From contig CM052817.1 of assembly GCA_028534125.1 (NCBI GenBank), positions 58,716,001-58,780,000 on the forward strand: a stretch of 64,000 nt of DNA, written 5' to 3'. The position numbers and the translations under genes are program-made. The notes under the pieces were generated by a model that saw nothing but the letters and a program-made list of their open reading frames with translations, did not search any database and was not told where the DNA came from. How positions within the stretch are numbered: the stretch's first letter is position 1; every line of letters starts with the position of its first letter. Positions 14,009 through 27,300 of the stretch are shown in pieces. The stretch comes from Lama glama. Lineage: Eukaryota.

Positions 14009-14208
14009 CATTCCTGGAATGTCTCCAGGTCTTTAATTCAGCTCTGACTACATAGAATTGGTATTAGTTAACTGATAAATCTTTTGTTAAATGAAATTTG
14101 TGGTTGAAATTCTTATGGGGAAAATAGCAAGGCTAAGTGTTAACTGTGAAAATTCTTATAATTATAAAATATTCATTAAAACAAGAGTACACCCGCAAAT
14201 ACTTTATA
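14009..14208 (+). repeat. Local direct duplication, copy 2
   Basis: Same alignment as copy 1; ends just before the solo LTR at 14215. Confidence 0.9.
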
Positions 14209-14214
14209 TAACCT

Positions 14215-14748
14215 TATGGGAGGAAAAATAACTTTCCCTCTACCCTTCCTGGCTGAGACCTGCCCCCTTCCCCATAATAAGAGAGAATTACTGGAAAAAC
14301 AAACAGAAGTTTAGTAACACGTATAATATATCCCTCTTATATAAGTGGACGATAATCTAAGAAAACAGTTAATTCTCTGAAATGGCCCAAACCACCACCT
14401 TAAATCCATCTGAAGGCAACAGAAGGTGGGGATGGGGGGGGGGCAGTTATGGAAAGTTATCAGGAAAAACTCAGTAAACAAGGATATAGTTTGTTATGCA
14501 AATTTAAGTTGGTGCCTTCTTCATGGGTAGAAATTTCTAGAGTTTTGATCCTCCTCCTCTTCCTGGTACAGAGAGGGAAAAACCCTTACAAATGGAGATT
14601 TCCTTTAAAAATGTAAATTCTTGGAAAGGGTAACTTGCTTCTCATTTTATTAGAGCTTCTCTGTGTCTGTTTCTTAAAAATAACCAGCTTTTGAAAACCC
14701 GTTTGTCAAAGAGGTATGTTTTGGGGTAGTATATTTTGCTCCCCTTTA
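14215..14748 (-). mobile_element. Solo ERV1 LTR (MER34-like) with 4-bp TSD ACCT
   Basis: Collinear with the LTRs at 16007-16534 and 21371-21903. ACCT lies at 14211-14214 and 14749-14752. The reverse-complement start resembles the MER34-type TGAAGGGG...CAGAATATGCCACCCCAAAATATG. Confidence 0.85.
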
Positions 14749-16006
14749 ACCTAGTAATAGTGATTATATTTGCTAAAAATTGTATTGATTCAGTGATAAT
14801 GTTGATTAAAGAGAAGAAATGTAGATACTTGTTGAAAAGAATTTTTCCCAACGTACTTCTACTTCATCTCATAGATTGCCATCTCTACAGGAAATCTAAC
14901 TCCAAAATTTCAAGTATTTTCCTTAGAAAACTTTAAAAGTGTTTTTTAGTATTTTCCAGTATGCTAAGTGGCATTGTATGACAAGGAGTCCCTTCTGAAG
15001 GAATTTTTACCACCCTTGGAAGAAAACACTATGTATATACTAAGGGCATTTTTCAGTATCTATTTCTAATATATTATGCAATTGTAGCTAATCATAATTT
15101 GTCTTTAAGTTCTAAGACTTTGCTCAAGTACTTGTTCAATGTAAATCTTTGGGGATTTATATTATTTCTAGGGAAAGAAGTAGTTTCCTTTAATGTGGTC
15201 TACAATCAGAAAGATCCTACAAAAGCAAATTTATTCTTTAAATATATGTATGTATACATATATGTCTTTGCAATATGAATATAAAAATATTTATATAGAT
15301 AAATATACAAATAAAACAAACACAGTCTCTGAATACACATGCACACAGACCTGATGAAATAGGTACAAAAAAGAATCTACTTTTATTTACTATACTGTAC
15401 TTAATGTAAAAGATAAGATTACATGAAATTTATTAACTTGTGTATGTACATAATAACAGAAATCACACTGTACACTAATACATTTTAAATGTCTGAATTT
15501 TAGTATGATGAAGTTGGATTTATACAGCTATTAGCTGAGTATATTTGTAACCCAATTATATTATACTTGGTATAAATTAATATTTAAATGTTTTTTAAAG
15601 GTAATAGTCACATTTGCTCCCTTAAACCATTACTTTTTCAATATGCAGAAATCATAAAACCATATATTCTAAATTGAAATGATAATGATAACAATTTTCA
15701 TCTTAGTATAAAGATGTGACATTACTTTACTTTTTGCATTATTCAGACTGATAGCGTTTTTATTTTGTTGTGGTTGAGCCTTTGTTTACCCAGGCTGTCA
15801 GATTTAATTAATTAAGTTACTTCATTTATTTTTTAGTTTTCTTGTGATGTCTGCTGTTCTGACAATCCTTTTACTTACTTGTAACTTGATTTTAACAGCA
15901 CAAAATTAGATAATATCTGTTAAGATCATGAGCCCCTATAATGTTCTTTCTCTATCAAAAAGTTTCTCAACTACTTAACTCATATCTGGGGACCTGAGAA
16001 TACTTG

Positions 16007-19000
16007 TGTAGAGGAGGATAATTTTCTTCTAGGTTCTTCGCTGAGACCCCATTATAATACAGAATTAACAAGAGAAAAACAAAAGTTTAGTAACATGTAT
16101 ACATCTGGTATAGATTGGAGATACACAGGAAAACTGAGTGAACTCCTTGAAATGTCTCAAGCTACCATCTTAAATACTCTCTCTAGCTAAAGACAGAAGA
16201 AAGATGTTGGACAGCAGGAAGGCCAGTTATGGGAGGTTACCAGGAAAAAGCACCATAAACAAGGGTATGGTTGTTATACATGTTAAAGTTGGTAACTTCT
16301 CCACTGATGAAATTTTCTAGAGGTTAACTCATCCTCCTTTTCTGGGTACAGAAAGGGAAACACCCTTATAAATGGAGATTTCCCTTATAAATATGCATGT
16401 CTCTTACAAAAGGGTAACTTTTACTTAATTTTCAGAGGTTCTCCTTTGTCTGCAGTTTCTTAAAAACAGTCAGCTTAAGATGATTCTCATGCCAAAGAGA
16501 CATACTTCAGAGTGTCAAATTCTGCTCCCCTTCAATCTTACCTTTAAATCTTCCCCCAAGAAATTCCACAGCCCAGAAACTGAGATAAGATGATCCATTA
16601 TTTCATTGAACCAATGTCTTACTCTTGAGAATAGGTCAGTCCAGTTAAACTGTTGTGTCTCATTTCAGAAGGTGATCTTGCAGAGGAGTTTCCAGTGTTA
16701 GATTGATACAGTGCTAGCAATTATGTTTAGTAAGAGGCAAGTCTATTTTAAAAGACATATTAATGATCAGAACAAACTGTAACTCAGTGTGAGTCCAGGG
16801 GGCATCTAAGTCAATTTTCTAGATGTCAGTCTCAAAGCATCTTTTGTCTCTGATGTTATCAGGATGTCTCTTATGTTATCAGGTGTTCAGGTAAACTTTC
16901 TGAGTGGCAACAAACATGGAAGCTTGTCTACTATACATGAGCTGTTGTAGAGATTTCCCTGAAAGTTTACATCAGGTTGTTCACATTGGGTTTGCAGAGC
17001 TTTAGGAAAGGGCTTTTTTCAGTCGTTCCAGGTTAGAAGGATGGGAGAAGTTGAAAATGAGCTTGGAGAATTGTAGCAAGATATTTGAGGAAACTAAAAG
17101 AATTCGGGTTCCAGTACAGTTTACGGGCAAAAATCAAAACCTCTTAGACAATAAATAGGACTAGAATCTAAAATCCACAAAGGTGCGGATTTTCCCTCCA
17201 TAATCACCCTCATTTTTACTAAAGATAATCACAGGAAGACTAAAATGTTTGTAAAATAAGTCTAGTCTCATTTAACTTGGCTCATCTGATTATTTACATA
17301 AGTGCAGTAAGAATAGTGATTGGCGCTACAGGTTCTTTTTAAATCTGCTTTGCTGAAACTTTAATAAATAATCTGATTGGACTTTTAAAAGCCTCAAGGC
17401 TAGGAAGCCAAGTGAAAAAGTTGCCATCACACTTTGCCTCAATACCTACAGTTTTCAGTTAATTTAGACCTTTTCTCAAGGTCTAAAAATATCTCAAGGT
17501 TTCTGTGCCTGCCGGAAAGTGACCTTGGTCCTTACTCACCTGGTAAGGTGCTGGGAACCCTGTAAGCAAGGTACCAGGCTGGTTTTCCAAGGGGCTTTAT
17601 TGGCTCCATAAAGTCAACCTTAGTTTCTTAAAGTTGTCTGGTCATATCTGATTGTATGCACTTTCTCAAATATGACACTCCAGTCAGAGCCTTCGTAATA
17701 TAGCCAATGTTTCCAATTTTGTCCTGTTAACAAGAACAGATTCTTAATTAACTTAGGCAAATAAATACAGTGCCATGAACATAAGAATACTTAAAATCTC
17801 TGAATTATGGAGGGATCAGGTAGGGAGAAAAAATAATTGTTTCATCTTTATTCACAAAGACAATTTGCCAAATTGCTATAATTGATACTTAGCTTAAGAG
17901 AAAAGAAAAAGATTAACTTAAGTCTAGAAAAACAAAACATTAAAGAACCAGCAATGTTTAAAACAAAAAATTGTAAAAATTACATTCATCTTCATCATTT
18001 ATTCAGTCCCGTGTTATTAAATCTCACCCTGCTTTAATCCAGCTTTTCCATTATTTCTGGCAATTCTTACCTAGTTGAGTTTCATGATCTTAAATTATCG
18101 CGAATTGGTATTCTGCTATAGTTGCTAGAGTCCTTTTCATGAATCTCCTTGAGGATTAATCACTTTTGCAAAAGCATCAAAGTTAAACAGTAAATGCTTG
18201 CAAATCAAAAAGTACTTAAATAGCTATGGTTAAAGATCTGATGAGAGTTCATATCAATTTAATTGAAAAAGATATTTGGTGATTTCTGTGGCATACATTT
18301 TAAGACCATAAATAGAATTACAAATTACAACTTTATACCAGTATATATCAGATTTCTAGGAATTTTACACCTCATACATTTTCTTAGCCAAAAGTAAATC
18401 TTACTTTCCTTACATGCAGAGTTGTTTTTCTTAATTTTAGTAGTCTTAGTCTTAGTAAAAGTAATTCTTAATGCTTATACATGTTAATTTATAGCAAAAA
18501 CTAAAGAAAGTAAGCAATTGTGAACTGCATGTTACAACAGCATTCTTTAAATTTGCAAATTAATCCATTTTATAATTTCTAGAAGCATGTGTTCTTTTTA
18601 ATAATAGTCTTTCAGTGTTGCACTAGACATACCATAATACATAATTATTACTGAAAAGTTCAACTAAAAACTCTTATCCTTCTTACATCTAAATCAGGTG
18701 TTATCAACAATTTGTTTAAACTACCTACAAATAGTTTGAGACATTAAACAAAGTCAGCCATCATATGAAGCTATTTTTCCTGTTGACAAATTTTGTAACA
18801 GATAATATGAACTTCTTTGACTATTAAACCCAGGTAGAATGAGAATTATGTTTGTGTAATATTTAATGTTAATAACAATGAAAATATGTCTATTTTAATT
18901 AAACCAACAAACTTCAACTAGCTTTTTTTTTTAACAGAAAATTATTCCAGATGATGTGAATTTAAAAAAAAAAACAACTGGGGTTAGTTTTTATTTCTGA

Positions 19001-21903
19001 GAGGTTTAGGAATACTTAACTTATAAAGCACTTATTTTAGGCCAATTAAATAGAGCTCCTCTGAAAGTTAATTTTAGCAATAACATCTGGAGGTAGAAAA
19101 AATATCACTCATCTACAACATACATATATAGATATACATATATACACATACAGATGCAAACAGATCTTATAGCTTTCATTCTAAAATTTTGGCCATAAGG
19201 TACAAATTCTAAACTCACTGTTTTATAAGAGAATAGTTTGATCCAAATTGTGTTTTTGACCTTTTGTCCATGCAATGGCTAATGCTTTTTTTTTTTTGCT
19301 AATATTTATGAAAGAAGACACTTGAAATTTTTCATCTGCCTGTTTTCCAAATAGCTCCTTCTGTTTCTAATGAGAAATATCTCCCTAAAGTTTACATTCC
19401 AAGGAGTTCTTAGGTCTTAGAGAAAATGGAGTAGAAAATTTACAAGATGGTGGAGAAAATTTGCATCTCAGAGACACAGAGAAAGTATCAAAATTTTCTC
19501 CAAAATGGGGTTTTAGAGTATATTTTCCTGTTAGCAGTGATCTAGAATAATTATTTAAATTTTCCTTATTTTTCTAAAGTGCCAGATAGTACCATTTCTA
19601 AGGTCCTGATCTTCTGTAAGCATTTTAAGAACTGGAGAGGTTTGATGGGTTGATTTAAAAAAAAAAAAAAAAGGATAGTGAACTTTGCATTGTTTCTAGA
19701 GCTACAACTCTGGTTTTGCAAAGATTTGAAAGACAAAACTAGTTGTTTGTAATTCCTCAAAGAATTTGGTCGTAGTCTAAATGATATCAAGGGACTTTGC
19801 CCATCTGACTGCATCATTTTCAATTTGCTTTGTATCAGGGAGATTTTCAACTAATATGGAGATCAAAAGATTTCTATATTTTGGAGCTTTAAGGTTTAGT
19901 GCAGTATGCTCTTGTAAAATTTGTATTAAGCATTCAACAAAGGCCTTCCAGTGCTCTTTTTTTTTTTCCCCCTTAGTGTGCAACTCAACTTTAGACCAAT
20001 TAACCTTAAGGGGAGAGAACCTCTACTGTTGTTTCAGTAAGCACCTGAACATCAACCTCTAGCTGATTTATTTCCTGATCACTTTTAGAAAGGCCTGGGA
20101 GAACTTCTGGTCACCTGTTTCTCTTATGAGGGAGGGTTTCCCAAGGGGCCTTCTGGCTTATCTGATAAGTACAGTATAATCATGGATGGGAAGAATACCT
20201 ATTAGCCCCCAGTTAGGGTTCCTGTGAGTGGGGTTCTGGATGTCCACTGATCTAATTATTCTAAATCTGGTAATTATCTTCTGTAAGTGGTGCTAAATAA
20301 GGCTTTGTAATTTCATCTTGTTAAAGAAGTCTGTAAGGTAAGTTTTTACTTCTTAGTCCCCTCTTTTCATAGGTACCAGAAAGACAGTTACTTAGAACAA
20401 GACCTCTCCAACACTTTTTCAGACACAGAAATTCTTTCAGTTCAAAGGAGTCATCATCTGGCCATTGACAAGTAGGATCTTATATTAGTCTCAATAACAA
20501 CTCAAACCAGTAAGGCTATTTATGGCTTAACCATAGATGCAAGAAGCATCCCAAATGACTGTGCAAAAGATAGAGCACTCACAAGATCCAGAAATTTCAC
20601 TCTCAAAGTTAGTCTAAGAAAACAAAGACATTCATTGAAACAGGTGGTAGAAATGGTATAATGAAAATAATTTTTCTGGTTTCTGATATGATGCCTTCAG
20701 TTGTAGACACACGTGCCTGTGACACTAGGCAGGTGCTACTGGAATGAGACTTTTCCAGTACTAAAGAGACAATGAAGTTTGAGATGTCAGGGGTCCCCTG
20801 TGGACTTAAACCCTTCTGACAAATTCCCCTGACAGCTAGCATGGTTGGACCATAAGACTGCTGCTATTGGGCTGTCCACTAGATGCATGCTGACACATTC
20901 ATCTTCCAATTAGTGGATACCAGAGAAAATATTCTTACTGATCATGAAGCCAAGCTCTTAAGACATAGAACAAGACAAAAGGAAAATCTCATCTAGGCTG
21001 TGATTTCTCCCCCTTATGACAAATGACAGGAAAGTTAGAGACAAAAGCAAACAATTATTATCTCTCTGGGAGGAAATAGAATCAATATAAAATGAGAGTA
21101 CACATCATAAAAAATCTTTACCAAAGTTACTATATTCAAGAAACTAATTCACACAGGTATTTTCTTCTGCTAATCTACATTTGTAAAGGAAGGGACAAGA
21201 AGTGTTGACCTTCCTCTCTTGACCAGGAATTATAGTTAAACAGATCTAGGACAGCTGGCTTTGGTAAGAGTTATTAAGCTTGGTCAGCCTCTGCCAGTTT
21301 TCCAGAATCCCATTGGTGGGCTTTAGAGCAAGTATGGTACCTCAACAGTTTCCATCATGGGTCACCAAACTGTAGGGATGGAAAAATAATTTTACTTCTA
21401 CATGTCTAGGTTCTTGGCTGTCTCTTGCCTGTAATAAAAGACATAGTAACAGTAGAAAAACAAAAATTTAATATCATGTATACTTCCTGTAGATATGTAA
21501 GATACACAGGAAAACTGAGTGACTAATTCCGTGAAATGGCCAGGCCAACACCTTAAATACCATCTCCAGCTAGAGATGAAAGAAAGATATTGGGCAGTTG
21601 TGGGAAATAACCAGAAAAAGCACAATAAACAAGGTTAAGGTTGTTAATGCAGACTTAAGTCAATGCCTTCTCCATTGATAAGTTTTCAGAGATTTGGTCA
21701 TCCTCCTCTTCTGGGAACAGAGAGGGAAACACCCTTACAGATGGAGAGTTCCCTTATAAATGTAAATGTTTCTTACAAAAGGATCACTGAACTCAGTTCT
21801 CAGAGCTACTTCTGTGTCTGCAGTTTCATAAAAATAATTGGTTCAAGGTAATTTTTATGCCAAAGAGACGTATTGTGGGGGTGGCAAATTCTGCTCACCT
21901 TTA
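16007..21903 (-). mobile_element. Decayed ERV1 provirus (MER34-like LTRs, ~4.8-kb non-coding internal region)
   Basis: Two direct ~530-bp LTRs (3' LTR 16007-16534, 5' LTR 21371-21903), a PBS-like sequence beside the 5' LTR and a purine-rich tract on the - strand beside the 3' LTR (about 16535-16557). The ORF track shows no gag/pol/env ORF. TSD not resolved. Confidence 0.85.
21349..21367 (-). other. Primer-binding site, tRNA-Arg-like
   Basis: The - strand reads TGGTGACCCATGATGGAAA starting 3 nt after the LTR end, resembling the tRNA-Arg(CCG) complement TGGCGACCCAGATGGGAC with one insertion. Confidence 0.6.
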
Positions 21904-23079
21904 TTAGCTTGTGTCTTCAGTTAAAGAAGTAGTAATACTTTTAGGGAAAGAATATTAAAATATCAGATTATTAGTGTTTCAAATAAAGATGTAAAGTGTT
22001 TTATATTTAATAACTTATAAATAACCATAGACAGCTACAGAAAAAAAAAAAAAACTTCCGTAAATATTTGGCTTCATACCAAATAGGCAAAGGAATTGGA
22101 ATTTTCAGAATAATGTGTTACAGAAAGTTTCCTGAAAGAGAGCTGCATGTAACATTAACCTCATGCTCTATAAAGTAAGAATACCAGGAAATTATACTCT
22201 TATGTGATGACACATTCTTAAGATGGTAATTAGAATTTTAAATTTATAAAGCTGAGTTACTATAGAGGAAATTTATACCAAAAAGAGTGTAGTTTGCAAT
22301 TCAGAGTTCTTAAAGAGTCATAGTTCTTTACATATCAGAATTACTTCAGATTTGTCATTTTATGAGCTTTATGCTTGTAAATGGATTTACAGATTTGGAT
22401 TTAATCCATCAAATAAGAGGAAAAAGTGTCCAGTACAGAGTAATTTTCAAAAAGAAAAATACTCTAAACAGGTTCAGTATTTTCTTGCCTTGGAAAACTA
22501 TAACCTAAAAATTGATGAATTGTTCATTTTCTTAGTCTAAGCCAAGTATTAGAAATAAAGCACTTTTCAAATTTTAGGGTTGTAAGAAACACTTAATATT
22601 GTTCCAGAAATTCTAGTCTTTTTAATTTATGAGAAAGTTGCTTCAAACTCTAAGTTAGCCTGAAAGAATTAGCTTTTCTTGGAGGGAGCATCAGTAATGA
22701 CTTAATATTTCTTAAGGTCCAATAAAAATCAAAAGGAAATGTAATGTAAATTATTAAAATATACAAAAATTACTTGGAGTGTCTATTATTTTCTGCTTTT
22801 TAAGAATATTTCCCCATTTTGTTTTTATTATGTTAAAATATAAATACTAAATCTATCTATATATGTATATATATATTACATGTACAAAAACAAATGCATA
22901 TATGTTTTTTGGCCTTTCAAGTGGATATTATTGTACTGTAATAATTTTTTACTTCATAATTCACATGATTGAATATGATATTCAGTCATTTAAATTTTTT
23001 ACATTCAAGTATTTTCCTTTTATAGAATAGCATTGTCATATATTTACAATTTGATATTGAGAGAAATTTTGAAAAGTCT

Positions 23080-23370
23080 AAAAAAAAATTGTACATGATT
23101 TTATTCTCTATCTAAGCAATACTATCTTTAGAAATCTACCCAGTGCATGCACATTCTTATATACCAAATAGCACTTGTATAAGGTTTTCCCTTACAGGCA
23201 TTATTTTTATTAGCTAAAGATGAAAACAACACAAAAGTGACCATCAATAGGGGATGTTTGATTATGGCTCATTCACAAAATGAAGAGCTGTAAAGCTTAA
23301 AAAAAGAGAGAGAAAACATCACTGTTCTGATAGGGAGTAATCTCTAGATTATATTAAAAAGTGGATCATT
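23080..23370 (+). mobile_element. Ancient L1 (L1ME-like) ORF2-end fragment
   Basis: Decayed motifs: agcaatactatctttagaaatctaccc, gcattatttttattagctaaa, ccatcaataggggat. Confidence 0.55.
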
Positions 23371-23999
23371 GAAGGTGTGAAGCAGTTACAATAGCCCCAG
23401 AGTGATCATGAAAAAGTATGATAGCTCTCAAATTACTGATGTCCCTCCAGAATAGTCAAGAGGAACCATTCTTTGTCATTAGTTGTTTCCTTGTAATCCC
23501 CGTGTTCTACTAGCTGAAAAGGACAGAAGTAGTGGGGCTTTTTGTCCTCATTACATGATAAATACTAGAATATTAGAAACTGTCATGGTAAAAGAAATGT
23601 TAGAATCATATACTTTAGTGACATCTGTGTCACTAAACATATTCAAACTATTTTTCCCTTCATTTTTACTAACATTTTTTAGAATATTAAAAGGTAGATT
23701 TGGGTTAGAGCTTTATTAAAAATATGACTGTTAGGGGTCATACACTGGAAAACAAATTCTAGATTTCCAAAATTTTCAGAATATATTTCCTTTGTCTTTT
23801 ACATTCATTTAACTAGCATTTGGAGGACAGGTGCTAAACACAGATTACCTATTAAAAGTGTGTTAGTCTTAATGACTCTTCAGACTTTTTTAAAAAAGAT
23901 AATGGTTGGTTGGCAAATACATAGCTGCCTCTGTGTACAACAATATTATAGCTCCAAGTTTCCTTTCATCAAAAGATATTACACCTTTTTTCATTTATA

Positions 24000-24320
24000 C
24001 AGTCACTTAAATAAGAGTAAAAAAAGGTATTTCAGGCACTGAGATTGTAGCTGTGAATGAGAAACAAGCAAGTTTTCTTTCTTCGTAAACCTTGTATTCT
24101 AGTGGATGAGGACAGAAAATAGATTAGAAATGAAGAAATAAACAAGAGAATTTCACACAGCGATAAGAGCCATGATGTAAATCAGCAGAAAGATGAGATT
24201 TAAGAGACCAGTGAGGGGAAGAGGAGGGCTTGTGCCTAGGAAGCACTCAAGGAAGACCTGGGGATGTTGCCTTTGAGCTGTAACCTGAGTGATGGTCAGC
24301 TACCCACAAACCTAGAGCAA
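24000..24320 (+). mobile_element. L2 remnant
   Basis: L2-like text: caggcactgagattgtagctgtgaatgaga, ttgtattctagtgg, gataagagccatga, tttgagctgtaacctgagtgatg. Confidence 0.55.
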
Positions 24321-27300
24321 GCACTTTGACGGAAGAGATCAGATTACGAAGTGCAGTCACCTTCGAGTACTGCTTGCTGCCTCAGGACTGCCTCACGTTG
24401 GTTTTGGTCTTGTCCTCCTACATACAGGCTCTACACATTCTAATCTCTGTAGGCACTACAGATAAATCTACAAAAGAAATAAGCACAAACATGCAGTTTG
24501 CACTATTGTATTTCTCCTTTAAAACTGTTAATGATTCACTAAGGCTTAAAGGATTAAATCTACATTCCTCAAACCACCATCTATAGCTGCTAAAGTGATA
24601 CTCTTCACTATTTATGCAATTTTAGCTCCAACTGTTGCCAGACTTAAATCTTTTATTCCACTTAAACTGCTCCTACACAAATTTCTATTTCTTGTCTCAG
24701 TTGTTTAATGTTTTGATTTGTTTTGTTCTTTTGCTCTTAACTGTTTTGTTTGAACTACCCCTCCCCTATAATATATCTCTCTTTTTAGGCCTAGCTCCAA
24801 TCCCATAACCTTGTTTTGTTTACCCAAAATGGGAATGCTGTCCTTTAGAACAATTTCAGCACTTAACGATCCTATATAATGTGTCTTGTAGTGGTCAGTT
24901 CTATGTATTGGCATCAGTTCTCTGCATTGATGTGTAAATCTCTCCTATATATTAACATAGAACTTACTGTTTTGCAGTAGGGCTCATCATTTCTATGTTC
25001 GTTTACATCTCTCCAATTGAATTCTGCATTTCTTGGGAGCAGCTGCCACATTCTATATTTCTTGGATCCTGTGTTTCCTTTTATACACATTATCTGCACA
25101 ATGGAGTTTTTTTTTTTTTCAAGTGAAATACTCCTGTCACAGAAAACTGCAGTGAAGTATACAGATTTAAAAATAATTGCTGCAAATTGAAAATTCTGTT
25201 GAAGCTTTGTGTTTAGGATGATTCACAGAAATATCAGGAGAGCTAGGTAGACTTAACCTATTAATCATTTATTTTTCTGGAAGTGAGGAATATATAGAGT
25301 TGAGTAAAACTATTATATTTTACTCTACTTACAAAACCAAGGAAATAAAATTTTGCTAATCTATCTTTCCTCTTTTACCGTGTATTTGGTAGTAAAATAT
25401 TTAATTGGAAGTTTGGAGCCTATAAACACTACTAATACAGGTATTTTAATGAGTGTTAATAGCAATTTTTACTTAGAAAATCGTGAGTAAAACAAATTTA
25501 TGTTGGTCTGTGTTTTTTTAATTTGTGTTTAAATGTTTTAAATCTTCATATTAAGTAAAAATTTCATTTCATTTTTATTTGATGTCATTCATTCATTTAT
25601 TTTTGTTTTCTTCTTTTCAAGGCCCTGTGGAATCCTACATGCACTGAAGTTTTATTTAAACCAGTACATATTTCAACCTAGGTTAAATCATTATCTGATA
25701 AGAAATGTATCACAAATCTGTGACATGCTAAATATTAAATCAATTTCTATTATTTCATATGTTGGCTATTTCTCAGTATGTAATACAGAAATTTTTCCAT
25801 TCCAAATATTTGACACCTTTTGCATTTATACCCAATTGAATAAAATATGGATGAAGATTCAACTAACATATTCCTGATTTGTATTGTATTTTTAAAACAA
25901 AAATAGATGTTTAAAAATTATGTCCATATGCAGCTATCCTAAAATGTAATATTCCACTTGGCAGTACATATTTTTTGTTCAACCTTCTCATCCATGTCAT
26001 TTGTCTTTCTCTGGTTATAGTCTTCATTTAACTTCACTGTATATTCTGTGTACATTAGGTAAATTTGAAAACAATGCTTCTAGTTTCCGCCATCCTAGTG
26101 TGACAGGTCTTACTGAAGAATGAAATTACCTCTATTTTTCTCTTGTGTTGAGATCGAAATATGAAAGCAGTATGTCTTCAAATGAAATAAATCATGAAGA
26201 GTCTAACTACAGAAAGTCAGAAACCTATTTATATCTCTAAACAAGTGAAGAAAGTCTATTGGCTGTTGATCTCTTACTGAGGGAAGTTTGTTGAATGTAT
26301 TGTCTCCTGGACTGCCTGATTTCTGTGTGTCCTTGTTGATTGCCTTTTCTATACTAGCTCACTTTAATTATCAAATGGCTGGGTGGCACCAAAGCACTCA
26401 TGAATGTTGTACTTTATTGCAAAGATAAATGACAGAGCCCAGAGAATGTCTCAGTGTTCTGGTGCAGGACAACAGAAGAGCCATAGAGCTAAGGAGAGGA
26501 AAGCAGGTTTTACTGAGTTCTCTATATTATTTAAACAGGCAATGAAATAATCGTTAATGTTGGTAACATTCAAAAATACGTTACAAAATTAATTAAATTA
26601 TTTGAATCATTATATAACATATAATATGCGTGATCAAGTGTTGGGTTTAAACCATGATATTAAAATAAAACTGTAAATATATTTATTTACATGAAAACAC
26701 TGTTTGTGTCCTTGTTGAATTTGCCCTTAAAACATCCTTTTATAATTCAAGATGCGAAAATGTTTTTGTTTCTCTAACAGTTTTCTAGTGTTTATTCTTT
26801 TATTCTGTTTTTATCTCTTCCTATTTATTGTCTTATTTTATATTTCAAACCCTTAAATGTAGATAATGTAAGAAATTCCATTACCTACAATAAAGCCCTC
26901 TCCTGGTAAAGATTTTTATCAGCTTGAATGGTCAATATCATTTTGAAGAAGAAGAAAGAATTCAATTAAAGATATTTTGAGTAGGATGCAAAGGGAAAAA
27001 AAATTGCATTAGCACGTAAATTAAGTCAATAAAGAAAGGTACTTTTTTCCTTCAAAAGCAATGTAGCAGAAACTGTCAATAGAGATTAAAAAAAAAAGGC
27101 ACCTAACCTGAAAAGGGTACTATTCTATGATTGCTCTTTAACAACATTAAGACCTTTCAGTCTGCTTCCTTGGAAACCTTTTTTTTTTTTTCCTTTTATT
27201 TCATTTAATGGAATTTAAGCTGAATATACACCAGTGAATGTGTTTATAGATTAATAACTTTACTTCATGGTGAAATGTATTCATTTCCAACATCTTTTCC

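Noticed and set aside
16535..21370. A captured env gene inside the MER34-like provirus
   Set aside because: No long ORF and no recognisable furin site, immunosuppressive domain or CX6CC motif in the ORF track.
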